Shown here: in pieces, positions 1 through 9,344 of the stretch
Layout: each line of letters opens with the position of its first letter
How positions within the stretch are numbered: position 1 is the first letter of the stretch
Source of the DNA: a virus
Strand: one strand, 5' to 3'
IMG/VR virus record: IMGVR_UViG_3300032373_000002
Location: 32,001-96,000 of that record
Length of the DNA: 64,000 nt
The notes under the pieces: model-generated
Databases searched by the model: none
What the model saw: only the letters and a program-made list of their open reading frames with translations
What the model was told of the DNA's origin: nothing
Program-made: the position numbers and the translations under genes

Positions 1-2
1 GA

Positions 3-716
3 GCCTCCAACCTCACAAGCACCGACCCCGCCTACCCATTCGGGGGATCGGAGGGCCAGAACTCACTGCGGCCTACAGCACCTCCCGTTGCCAGCTCCTA
101 CGCTGCCCGCACCGGGTTCGATGCTTTGAAGAGCATCGAACCGTTTGCCTACAAGATCATCCGCCCCACCTCACTCTTGAGTGAGGATGCGATCGACCTC
201 ATCCTCTTCCAGCGGGAGCGGTTGCTGAGCTGGGTCGAGAGCCTGCGATCGGCCTACGCAGTGAGTCGCGGGGGCGACTACTACATCTTCCAGCGGGATG
301 ACCACCTCACGGACGTCGGCTCCCCGACGGACCCTGCTATCGGACTGGGAGTGTTGAGTAACCTGCTCATCACCAACCTGGAAGGGTTGGTTGCCTCGAC
401 CCCCTACGAGAACACCTCAGATGCCCTGAGTCTGCTGGGGAGGAGGTTCTGGCTCCAGGACCCAAAACTGGATGATCCGGGCTACAGTTCCTTCAATGAC
501 AACGCCCTGGACCAGCGGCCCTTGCTGGAAGACTTCATCGCAGAAGTCCTTGACGAAGAGGACCGGCTGAGAGAGCTGCGCTTCTCTTGGATCCGCTTCC
601 GCACCGATCAGGTCAGCGGCAGCCTCCAAGAGAAGAAGCGGGCGATCCAGCAACTGGAAGAACTCCTTGACCGAGCCCGCGAATACATGCTCCAGCAAAA
701 GGCCCTGGACTCCTGA
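3..716 (+). CDS. 5'-truncated hypothetical protein, probable virion/structural module
   Basis: Frame is open from position 3 to TGA at 716 and co-oriented with the large downstream ORFs. Confidence 0.6.
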   Translation, partial: ASNLTSTDPAYPFGGSEGQNSLRPTAPPVASSYAARTGFDALKSIEPFAYKIIRPTSLLSEDAIDLILFQRERLLSWVESLRSAYAVSRGGDYYIFQRDDHLTDVGSPTDPAIGLGVLSNLLITNLEGLVASTPYENTSDALSLLGRRFWLQDPKLDDPGYSSFNDNALDQRPLLEDFIAEVLDEEDRLRELRFSWIRFRTDQVSGSLQEKKRAIQQLEELLDRAREYMLQQKALDS

Positions 717-747
717 ACGGTAGAGTCCCTTTCTAAGAGGTGGTCCC

Positions 748-975
748 ATGGATGATCAGAGCCAAAAGCTCCGAGAAGAGCTTCGCAAGAGGGGGATCGT
801 TCCGGACGAATGGGCACCGGGCAAGGCCGGAGGCAAGAACCCCCTGACGGAGAAGCAGCGGAGGCTCCTCCTGAGCCTACAGAGCCTCGTGCGTCAGCAA
901 ATCGAAGCAGACCTGACCCGGCTGAGCAGCCTCCACGGAGAGCTGCTCCGAAAGAAGAGGGGCGGCAGTGGCTGA
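748..975 (+). CDS. small coiled-coil hypothetical protein
   Basis: GAGG RBS, ATG, stop overlaps the next gene. Confidence 0.65.
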   Translation: MDDQSQKLREELRKRGIVPDEWAPGKAGGKNPLTEKQRRLLLSLQSLVRQQIEADLTRLSSLHGELLRKKRGGSG

Positions 976-3517
976 GTGGCAACCTCTCACCCCCGGAGTC
1001 ACTCCGGTCCTCGACCGGCTGGACCCGGTCATTACTGGGATCGACACGGTCCTGAGCTTCCTGCTGGCACTGCTACAGGTGGCTCAATCGATCCTCCAGG
1101 TGCTCCAAGCCTTCTTGATCGGGCTCATCGACCCGTTGAGGGCTACCGTAGAAGCCCTGATCGCTCAAGCGCGAGCCATCATCGCCGACCTCCGGGCGCT
1201 GGGCGTGTACCTCACGGGGGACTGGCAGATCCTCCGAGCGGAGGACAAGTTCAGCTCAGTCCTGGGCGGCTATTCCGCCTACGAGCGGAGGATGCTGGCG
1301 CGGTTGCTCGACACCGCCGACCCAAACAGGCCCAACTTCAGCGGCTCCACCACTGTGCTGGGGGCCTTCCTCTACACATCCTCCGGGGACATCACGGAGC
1401 TGAGAGCCGCCGTCAATGCGCTGCTAAAGTTCTTCGGGCGGGGGGACCTGATCTCCAAGGGGAGCTCTTACGGCACCCCCGCCCAACCGACCCTGTTCTA
1501 CGGCACGGAAGGGGCCAACGTAGGTAGCTTTCGCCGATTGGCTCAGGCCACCGAAGATGCCATCCCGGATGCTGTCACGGTGAAGTGGAAGATGCCTGCG
1601 CCAGTCGGGGGCATCTCGACGGCGTTCAGCCCTGCTCCGAAGGGCTTCCTGATCCATGTCACCACCGAACCCGACGGCCTGGGGGTGCTGGCGCTAACCA
1701 GCAAGGCCCAACTCAGCGGAGAAGTCGACGGGCTTCCTCGCGTAGCAGCTGCTGCGGTAGATCCAGGGACCAACGGGCCGCTTCGACTGTACGGGGGGGT
1801 CTCCGACATCGGAGTCGCTGCGGATTCGCGAGACTTCAGCAGCATCGAACAAACGACGGATCAGCAAGCCCCCTTGATGGTCCTCCAGAAGGATGCCAAC
1901 ACCCCCCTGATCCTGCCCAGCACCCTAAAACCAGACGACGGTGGGAGCACCCCCCTCTTCGGAACCACGTTCTGGGTCCCAGCAGGCTTCCTGACGCGGA
2001 TCGGCAGCGGGACCGAATACTCGGTGACCTTCCCGAGGAATGTGCTGCCCAAGAAGGTCTCCTTTAGTGCTCGGTTGGACGGGTTCGCTCAGGTAGAGGC
2101 CAGTGAAGAGGCCACAGAGTTCTTCTTCCGGGTCCGTGCCGTCGACGGGGACCTGGCAGAGGCGTTGGACTCTTTGGGGGGCGGGTTCAATGCTCCCGTC
2201 GACCTATACTCCACCGACTACCGCATCTTCCGATTCAGCCGAGGCAGGATCCTTCAGGCAGTCAATGGAGTACTGCTGCCCGAGAATCCGGGGCTGGACG
2301 GGAACGGCAGCATCCAACCCAGCCCGTTCACTCCGGCCAGCTCTCCTGCGGTGGCTCAGTTCCCCTCGGCAGTGCAGGCAGAGTACATCCAAGCCGTCCA
2401 GGCAGCCTTCGCCGTCGCCGTCCTCACGCGAGCGGACCTGACCGAGAGCAACCTGACAACAGCGGGCATTGTGGGGACCGTCGGAGAGTTCCGCTACAAC
2501 CAGTATGCTTTCGATCAAGGCACAGGCCTCGAAGGCGTCGGGCGAGACCTCCTTGCGAAGTACGGCATCTCCAGCACGTTCTATGTAGGCTATCGACCCA
2601 GCGCCTTCCGCCGAAGGCTGCGCTGGGTGTTGAACAGGATCGCCAGCGACCTCCAAGAGCGCGGGATGCCTCCAGAGTCCCTGGCATCAGCCACAGTCGC
2701 TGCTGCCCGACCGCTCTTGAGCTTTCGGTGGAGTGAGATCAACAGTGACTACCCCCCGCTGACCATCCTTCAGAGCCTGGGAGTCGGCTCCAACCCTCTT
2801 GAATTCGAAGGGGTGGGGGCCAACCCCTTCTGCAGGGAAAAGCCGCTGGAGCAGTTGGAGATCCTGTACGAAACCTCCGGAGGTCCTGTGCGGAGTCCGT
2901 CCTTCAACATCACCGCAGGAGCCACCGACGCCTTCTGGGTCGAGGGAGAAGGTTCCGCAGACTCCTCTCCGATCCTGTTCAACGACTCGACCGACCGGGT
3001 CGAGTACATCCGAAACGCGCTGGGGGGCTACAACTCCGGGGGAGTGCTTGATGCGGCTGCCCAGGTCCTTCAGATTGCAGGGGCCAGTTCTGCCCGACCA
3101 TCGGGGGACACCCAATGGCTGAGCATACGGGTCATCCCTCAAGGGCTCCAACCAGCCGATGAGCTGCTGGAGCGGATCGACCAGTTCCTCCAAGGAGTAC
3201 TGGACGGGCTGGACTCCACCACGGACAGGATCGTGGCCTACATCAACGCGATCCAGGCCCGCATCTTTCAGCTACAGGCCCTGCTGAACCAGATCCAGGC
3301 TCTTCTGCGAGCGCTGGACTTCTTCCAGGTGCCTCAAGTGCAAGGGCTGGTGGTGACCGCATCAGGCACGGACGCTCTGGCGGCAGAGCTGATCACCGCT
3401 ACCGAGAAGCCTTCCGACAACGCGGAAGACTACGGGGCCGGAATCGCCCTGGTGGCCGGAGGCATCCCCACCCCCCTACTTGACTTATTAGCAGCCCTGC
3501 TGGGAAGCTCGGAGTAA
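968..3517 (+). CDS. 849-aa probable virion structural protein (helical N- and C-termini)
   Basis: Long ORF with amphipathic helical ends and a beta-rich middle; structural role inferred from context. Confidence 0.6.
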   Translation: MAEWQPLTPGVTPVLDRLDPVITGIDTVLSFLLALLQVAQSILQVLQAFLIGLIDPLRATVEALIAQARAIIADLRALGVYLTGDWQILRAEDKFSSVLGGYSAYERRMLARLLDTADPNRPNFSGSTTVLGAFLYTSSGDITELRAAVNALLKFFGRGDLISKGSSYGTPAQPTLFYGTEGANVGSFRRLAQATEDAIPDAVTVKWKMPAPVGGISTAFSPAPKGFLIHVTTEPDGLGVLALTSKAQLSGEVDGLPRVAAAAVDPGTNGPLRLYGGVSDIGVAADSRDFSSIEQTTDQQAPLMVLQKDANTPLILPSTLKPDDGGSTPLFGTTFWVPAGFLTRIGSGTEYSVTFPRNVLPKKVSFSARLDGFAQVEASEEATEFFFRVRAVDGDLAEALDSLGGGFNAPVDLYSTDYRIFRFSRGRILQAVNGVLLPENPGLDGNGSIQPSPFTPASSPAVAQFPSAVQAEYIQAVQAAFAVAVLTRADLTESNLTTAGIVGTVGEFRYNQYAFDQGTGLEGVGRDLLAKYGISSTFYVGYRPSAFRRRLRWVLNRIASDLQERGMPPESLASATVAAARPLLSFRWSEINSDYPPLTILQSLGVGSNPLEFEGVGANPFCREKPLEQLEILYETSGGPVRSPSFNITAGATDAFWVEGEGSADSSPILFNDSTDRVEYIRNALGGYNSGGVLDAAAQVLQIAGASSARPSGDTQWLSIRVIPQGLQPADELLERIDQFLQGVLDGLDSTTDRIVAYINAIQARIFQLQALLNQIQALLRALDFFQVPQVQGLVVTASGTDALAAELITATEKPSDNAEDYGAGIALVAGGIPTPLLDLLAALLGSSE

Positions 3518-3519
3518 CT

Positions 3520-4371
3520 GTGCCCTCGTTTGCCTGGAGCAGTCGTTTTCGGGAGGGCCAGTGGAGAGCCTTCCGCTCTTTTATGCTTCAGGAGCGTCGA
3601 GACGCTTCCGACCGCTTTATGGTGATCCAAGCGGAAAGGAACCGGGTCGGAACGGTCCGCATCCTGTGGGCGACCGACGCTGGCGGGAATCCCACGGAAC
3701 AGCGAGTGGGCATCAGCTGTACTCCTGCGGGGAGCTCTTTGTGCAAGCTCCTCCGAGCGTACTGCGCGTTGGGAGGCAACCCGTTCGACATCTCCGCGTT
3801 CACCCGGCCGGACTCTGGGGTCGAGGCCACCGGGGTGCGGCAGACCCAACCCAGTGAGGGCATCCTCCACCCCCAAGACATTCGCTATGCCTACGACGCA
3901 GGGGTCAGCGACGGGGATGGGAGTCTCGCCAAGTACAGGTCCTCCCGCCTGGGGGGCAAGCGCTACACCGAGAAAGAGCGGGAAGTGGCGGCCATCGCTT
4001 GGCGGGGTCGGAAGTGGATCAATCAAGAGATCTGGTTCAAGCGCACCCGCCTCGAAGAGCTGATCATCAAGCTGGTAGACCTCCGCGAACAGCTCGACCA
4101 AGAAGTAGAGGACCTGCTCTGGGCCACCTACGGTGACATGATGGGTAGCCCCGGCTATGAGGCGGACCGCTTCACCGACTCTTTGAGTGCGGGGAACATC
4201 GCCTACTTCTTCGACTCCACGTTCAGAATCCCGGACCCGACCGAGCCCGGGCGCGTACCGTATGACCCGACAGCAGCAGCCGGGGAGCCGGGGGCACCCA
4301 ACGAAGACGTGCTGGGCGGCTACCCTTCTTTGATGAGCGACCTCCCCGAAGAAGACAACACTGCCTTGTGA
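3520..4371 (+). CDS. hypothetical protein, probable structural operon member
   Basis: Tightly coupled 283-aa ORF. Confidence 0.65.
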   Translation: MPSFAWSSRFREGQWRAFRSFMLQERRDASDRFMVIQAERNRVGTVRILWATDAGGNPTEQRVGISCTPAGSSLCKLLRAYCALGGNPFDISAFTRPDSGVEATGVRQTQPSEGILHPQDIRYAYDAGVSDGDGSLAKYRSSRLGGKRYTEKEREVAAIAWRGRKWINQEIWFKRTRLEELIIKLVDLREQLDQEVEDLLWATYGDMMGSPGYEADRFTDSLSAGNIAYFFDSTFRIPDPTEPGRVPYDPTAAAGEPGAPNEDVLGGYPSLMSDLPEEDNTAL

Positions 4372-4379
4372 GGAATCCG

Positions 4380-4628
4380 ATGAACAAGCTGGCCGAAATC
4401 CTGAAGCAAGAAGGTCTGAGCCTCCCCAACCTCCCTCCCGGCTACCGTTGGTGGGAGGACGGAGGCGTCATCGTTCTCTTGGGCCACGGCGACTACGAGG
4501 TCGGCTACCTGGAAGACCGGGGCGGGAAGTGGTTCGCATCCAACCCGGAAGACGGGATGTTCATCAACCGTGGGAGGTCCACAGCCTACGAGGCAGCCAA
4601 GGACCTCTTGAGGTGGAAGGACTCCTGA
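4380..4628 (+). CDS. small protein with MNKLxxILxxEGL leader
   Basis: GAGG RBS, starts MNKLAEILKQEGL. Confidence 0.7.
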   Translation: MNKLAEILKQEGLSLPNLPPGYRWWEDGGVIVLLGHGDYEVGYLEDRGGKWFASNPEDGMFINRGRSTAYEAAKDLLRWKDS

Positions 4629-4634
4629 CGCTGC

Positions 4635-5885
4635 TCAGGGGGTGAAGCTCACGATGCTGGAGACGGTCATGTTTACCATCGTCGTGTCGTGGGCTCCGCC
4701 AGTGGAGTTATCTGTCAGGGTCGGGTAGGTGTCACCGTCTCCCATTCGCAACCAGACCTGCATGTCCCCGGCGAAGCCGGTGGAAGAGAGGTCGACAGGG
4801 ACTCCCCCGTTGTAAAGGGTCACGGCGTTCGCGGCCGAAAGCTCCGTGTCGTAGTAGGACCACTCGTCGATATAACCGTCGAAGTAGTCCGCGAAACCCT
4901 GACCGCCTGCCGCTCGACAGATGCGTTGGGTCGAAGTCCCGCCCTGTGAGTCGTCCAGGTCATTGTCGATGACGAGCATCGACTGGAGGACACCATCAAA
5001 ATAGACCTTGAAGCTCGAAGTGGTCTCCAGGCCATCGTTGGTCACCAAGACATGGTACCAGGTGCTGGCTGAGAGGCTGTTGCTGGTCTCAACCGTGAGG
5101 TTGTCGCCGGAGTCTGCCACCTGAACGCGGACCTTTCCGTCGCTCAGGAGGAAGATTCCCTGATAGCGGTTCCCGTTGGTCCCGTCAGCCCAGAGGTCCG
5201 AGTCCGCTACTGCGTTGAGGTAGAGCCAGAAGGAGATGGACCAGGTCTGGTTAGAGGCCCGCTGGTTCGCAGCAGTGGTCCCCACATTCAGGTACTCGCG
5301 GAACGTAGATCCCCGGAAGCGGATCGACTTGGTGTTCACAAAGCCAGGACCCGACGCCAGGACCGTCAGGCTCAAGGTCTCGGTAGTGGTCCCGAAGCCG
5401 TTCACGGCTGAGATCGAAATGCTCGCAACACCCGTTACAGCGGTGGATCCGAAGATGAGCCCCTGCTCATGGTTGATGGAGAGACCGACAGGGAGCCCCG
5501 AAGCATCGAAGTAGAACGGGTTCTCCGTTGCAGTGATCTGGTAGTTGAAGGGCTCTCCCTCGACCACGCTCTCCGTCAAGGAGGAGGTGATTGTAGGCTT
5601 CACTCCGCCCGGACCCCCTCCAGCGAAGGCAGAGAACTGGGAATTGAGATAGTCCACCGTTTCTTGGACGTTCGCTCCTCCGGGGGATCCGTCTTCCGTT
5701 AGGATCTCCGTGTAGGGGATATCTGAGAACTCCTTCTTATCCGTAGGACCGTGTAGGTCAAACACGTCGATGAGCCCTGCATCCGTCTCCACCGCGTGCA
5801 GAGAATTGGTGAACCTGGGATCGACCGTGGTGATGTCGAAGACGACGGAGTTGGCCTCGTTGTCTCTGTAGACGCGAATTGCCAT
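4635..5885 (-). CDS. virion-associated protein with putative Ig domain and LamG/concanavalin-like domain
   Basis: ASGLPVGLSI..G.I.G Ig motif; WSISFW, WYHVLVT, KVYFDG, FDGYIDE LamG motifs. Confidence 0.75.
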   Translation of the reverse strand: MAIRVYRDNEANSVVFDITTVDPRFTNSLHAVETDAGLIDVFDLHGPTDKKEFSDIPYTEILTEDGSPGGANVQETVDYLNSQFSAFAGGGPGGVKPTITSSLTESVVEGEPFNYQITATENPFYFDASGLPVGLSINHEQGLIFGSTAVTGVASISISAVNGFGTTTETLSLTVLASGPGFVNTKSIRFRGSTFREYLNVGTTAANQRASNQTWSISFWLYLNAVADSDLWADGTNGNRYQGIFLLSDGKVRVQVADSGDNLTVETSNSLSASTWYHVLVTNDGLETTSSFKVYFDGVLQSMLVIDNDLDDSQGGTSTQRICRAAGGQGFADYFDGYIDEWSYYDTELSAANAVTLYNGGVPVDLSSTGFAGDMQVWLRMGDGDTYPTLTDNSTGGAHDTTMVNMTVSSIVSFTP

Positions 5886-5893
5886 GACCTACC

Positions 5894-6640
5894 TCACAGG
5901 TTCTTGATGTAGAAGCCGTTGACCTGGGCAGAGCACCCTGAGCTGGCCTTGACTTCGAGGACCGCTCCCGTGTCTCGGACAACCTCCGAGCCCAAGTAGA
6001 AGGTGGTGTTGATGTAGCGTTCGTAATCCGCCCCCGCACCATCACCGAGAGGCGCGAGACCTTGAGCCAGGCTGAAGATCCCCGGCCACCGGATCCGGAA
6101 CTCCAACCGGGTGTTGTTGACGGTGGGGTTAAAGATGATGTCTGCCCGGAGAAGAAAAGAGTCCCCCAAGGACATCTCATCCAACAGGACAGTGTTTGTG
6201 GCAGGGTCCCAGAGACGAGTAGCGTTCGAGGGGAGGAAGTCCGTGTTGGTGAAGTCCCCCAGAGTGTCGTTCGTTATCTGGACCCAATCCCCTGCGGTGA
6301 GTGTGATGGGGGTGGTGGCTGTTGCAGAGTCGTTGTAGTCTGCCCACCCGAAGCGGGACCGGAACCCCTCATAGGCTGCATCACCCAACCCGAAGGTCGC
6401 GGACAGCCTTCCAGCAGAGATGAACCCCCGGATCACACCGGTCTCGAAGCTGAGGGCCACGTCCGAGGTGTAGAGGAGGGTCACAGACCCGGTCGTTGGC
6501 ACATAGACAGCACCCGGTCGAGCATAGCCGGCATCCCGACCGCCTCGATACCGACCACCACTCCCGACGTTGATGTCCGTCACCAAGAGGGAAGAAGTTG
6601 GGGAACCCAACTGAGTCAGGGTTAGGAACACCCCTTCCAC
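5894..6640 (-). CDS. probable virion/tail-associated protein
   Basis: Beta-rich 248-aa ORF co-transcribed with the LamG protein; upstream CTTATG motif. Confidence 0.55.
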   Translation of the reverse strand: MEGVFLTLTQLGSPTSSLLVTDINVGSGGRYRGGRDAGYARPGAVYVPTTGSVTLLYTSDVALSFETGVIRGFISAGRLSATFGLGDAAYEGFRSRFGWADYNDSATATTPITLTAGDWVQITNDTLGDFTNTDFLPSNATRLWDPATNTVLLDEMSLGDSFLLRADIIFNPTVNNTRLEFRIRWPGIFSLAQGLAPLGDGAGADYERYINTTFYLGSEVVRDTGAVLEVKASSGCSAQVNGFYIKNL

Positions 6641-6682
6641 AAGTCACCTCCGAGCCACATAAGCTCCAAGGCGATAGGATGG

Positions 6683-7654
6683 TTAGGGCAGGCGACTCAG
6701 CTTCTCATCAAGGGTGGCACCCCCTACCAAGCCGTCTCTCATCCACTGAGGGATGTTCGACCAGCCCCAGTAGGCCCCGAGCACTGCTCCAGCCACTGCC
6801 CCGTTGGTGTCCACGTCCCCGCCCGCCATGAGGACTTCGTTTAGCACCTCAGAGAAGCCTCGGTGGGCGTTCCTCAGCGCATAGAAGCCTGCCCCCATGC
6901 ACTTCCACGTGTAGCCGATGGGCACCCGCTTCCGCTTGGGGTCGTCCATGCCCTCATCCAGCTTGAGGTCTTCCAGACTCATGCGAGCGTACCGGACGAG
7001 CTCTTCAGCGGCTTCTGGGGCAGCTGCGGTAGCCTGAGCGATCGCGTGATGGAATGCCGACTCCCGGGAGGAGCCGAGGAGGTCCCCCGCCGTGATGAGC
7101 CGCCGGACCGCCTCCGCGATCGCTACGGAGGAAGCCACACATCGAGGATCCCAATGGGTCACCTTGCAGGCTGTCGCGGCCGCACGGGCGGTCCACGCCT
7201 GATCCTGGGGTCGGAGCACTGCCACTCCCGCCGTCCGCATGACGCCGCCGTTGGGGGCAATCTTCCGACCGCTGCGCTCCCAGACCTCCTTGCTCACCGC
7301 GAAGGGCTCCACCAGGAAGTAGGTGCTTTTGAGCACGTTCCAGGTGTGGTTGCCCATGCCCCTCCCGTCTTCCTGAGCCCACTTCAAGAAGTGGTGGGCG
7401 CAGCCTATGGGGTCTACGTCCCCATGTTCCAGGTAGGAGTCCATGATCGAGAGCGCCTGGGCAGTGTCGTCGGACCATTCGCCAGCCCCCCACTGTGAGG
7501 CCCCTCGGTTGGCATCTCGGTAGGAGGTGATGCCCTCCTCCCCATACATCATGAGCAGCAGCGTCCGGTCCTTGAACTCCGCCGGGACCCCGAGGGCGTC
7601 ACCGATGGCCTGCCCCCAAAGTGCGCCCCGCCGCTTGTCCTGATCGATGGGCAT
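6683..7654 (-). CDS. ADP-ribosylglycohydrolase (DraG/ARH family)
   Basis: GDALGVPAEF, WSDDT, NGGVMR, THWDP, GGDVDTNGAVAGAVLGA motifs. Confidence 0.93.
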   Translation of the reverse strand: MPIDQDKRRGALWGQAIGDALGVPAEFKDRTLLLMMYGEEGITSYRDANRGASQWGAGEWSDDTAQALSIMDSYLEHGDVDPIGCAHHFLKWAQEDGRGMGNHTWNVLKSTYFLVEPFAVSKEVWERSGRKIAPNGGVMRTAGVAVLRPQDQAWTARAAATACKVTHWDPRCVASSVAIAEAVRRLITAGDLLGSSRESAFHHAIAQATAAAPEAAEELVRYARMSLEDLKLDEGMDDPKRKRVPIGYTWKCMGAGFYALRNAHRGFSEVLNEVLMAGGDVDTNGAVAGAVLGAYWGWSNIPQWMRDGLVGGATLDEKLSRLP

Positions 7655-7761
7655 TCCTCACCTCCTGGGAGCACCCTACCCGCATGCTCGAGATAGGGTC
7701 CTAAAGACCCTATCTAAAGAGGCTGGCAGCAGCGTAATAGCTTGCAAAAGGAGCAGACTAC

Positions 7762-8052
7762 ATGAAGACCTCCATCGAGGGACGGTTCAAGTTTGAGCCG
7801 GAGGAAATCAAGACGTACTCGGAGAGCATCCCCACAACCAGCGACACTTTCCGCTGGGCGGTCCGGCTCAACGGCGGACCCTTGACCGGAGAAGAGCTGA
7901 ACACCTTCGCGGAACACTTGGTGGCCGTGCGGGAGTCCCTCGTGGGGCTGGAGGGCATCACGAACTACCGAGCCTGGGGTGCCGCCTCCGACCTGCTCAA
8001 CCAGATCAAGAAGGGGCAGGCCACGCTCCGCGAAGCAAAGAGGGGGCTGTAG
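7762..8052 (+). CDS. hypothetical protein
   Basis: AAGGAG RBS. Confidence 0.65.
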   Translation: MKTSIEGRFKFEPEEIKTYSESIPTTSDTFRWAVRLNGGPLTGEELNTFAEHLVAVRESLVGLEGITNYRAWGAASDLLNQIKKGQATLREAKRGL

Positions 8053-8055
8053 GCC

Positions 8056-8469
8056 ATGGACATCAAATGGCATGCATCCTTCTGCTTCGAAGGGGGGGAA
8101 GTCGAAGCAGTCAAGGACGGCCTCAACTCTACACTGACCCTGGGCAACCTCGGCATCGATGGCCCCAAGTGGGTCCGAAAGCTGGAAGCCTGTGTTCCGA
8201 GGGGGGAGAACGGCGGGAGCAACTTCCTCCGGTACGGGGAGATGGAGGAGCTGCTGGAGGACCTGGGGAAGATCCAGACTGCCCTGAGCGAAGAGGTCTC
8301 CAGAATTCAGGACGTCATGGATTGCAAGTACAGTCTGGGGGGCCTGGCGACTGACCCTCAAGAAGCGATGCGGGTGGTCTTGCGTCGACGCTCTGAGCAG
8401 TGGAACTCGTGCCAGCGAGGAGTGGAGGTCTTCTCCAGGGCACTGAGAGAGGCATCCTCCAGACGTTAA
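8056..8469 (+). CDS. hypothetical protein
   Basis: Coupled ORF. Confidence 0.6.
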   Translation: MDIKWHASFCFEGGEVEAVKDGLNSTLTLGNLGIDGPKWVRKLEACVPRGENGGSNFLRYGEMEELLEDLGKIQTALSEEVSRIQDVMDCKYSLGGLATDPQEAMRVVLRRRSEQWNSCQRGVEVFSRALREASSRR

Positions 8470-8511
8470 AGCACTTATGGGCTCCAGAGGGTAACTCTGG
8501 AGGATCCTGAG

Positions 8512-8886
8512 ATGCGCCCCTCTGCACTCCGTGTTGCCGCTGCCCATCAGGACAAGCAGGCCAAGAAGTGGAAGAACCTGCCCAAGGGGTGGACCGACGA
8601 GTCCGTCCGGAAGTTCTGGGACAAGCTCACCGTCGCCGCCCCTGAGCACAAGGTCACTGAGTGCATCGACAAGATGACCGGGAAGTTCAGCAACCCCGGT
8701 GCCTTCTGCGGTGGGCTGGCGGACTGGATGATCCCCGGCTGGCGCCAAGAAGTCGCCAAGAAGAAGCGGGAAGAGAAGGCCAAGGACAAGAAGGCTGGCG
8801 GCTGCAACTGTGGATGCGGGAAGTGTGGCCCGAGCCCCGACAACTTCCTCAGCCTGGAGCGGTTCGCTGGGATGCTTTCGGGGTGA
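8512..8886 (+). CDS. basic Cys-containing protein with SALRVAA leader
   Basis: GGAGG RBS; upstream CTTATGG motif. Confidence 0.7.
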   Translation: MRPSALRVAAAHQDKQAKKWKNLPKGWTDESVRKFWDKLTVAAPEHKVTECIDKMTGKFSNPGAFCGGLADWMIPGWRQEVAKKKREEKAKDKKAGGCNCGCGKCGPSPDNFLSLERFAGMLSG

Positions 8887-9344
8887 GAAAGCTCGACCTA
8901 AAGCTCCCACAACCGCCCTTCAGCCTCGAACTCTTGATCTTCTATCCCAGCGAAGATGGCTGGGGAGAGCTTGAGCCCTTGCGGGAGACGGAGTGGGCAA
9001 GGGGCGTCACCGAAGTCAGCGGGACTTCTCTCAGCCATGCCCTCCACGGCATGGCTGGTCCTCTCTTGAAGGAGCTGCCGCTGGACCCGCGCCTTCGACC
9101 CAAGAAGGTCTCTGCGGAACAGGGGGAGTGCGGGGAGGCAGAGCACTGCACAGCATTCAAGAAAGGGTTCTGCCGTCCCGGAGGGCGACTCAAGAAGGAG
9201 TGGGGGCCTCCCTCCTGCTACGAGCCCCCTTTGGACCCGGCAACACCACGCAAGGTGAAGCATCTGTTCCAGCAGATAGCCCTCGCCTGGGGCGAGGGCC
9301 GTCATGTGGTCTTGGTTCGAGGGGAAGAATTCAGTCTTCGCTGA
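8883..9344 (+). CDS. hypothetical Cys-containing protein
   Basis: GTGA overlap with the previous stop. Confidence 0.55.
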   Translation: MRKLDLKLPQPPFSLELLIFYPSEDGWGELEPLRETEWARGVTEVSGTSLSHALHGMAGPLLKELPLDPRLRPKKVSAEQGECGEAEHCTAFKKGFCRPGGRLKKEWGPPSCYEPPLDPATPRKVKHLFQQIALAWGEGRHVVLVRGEEFSLR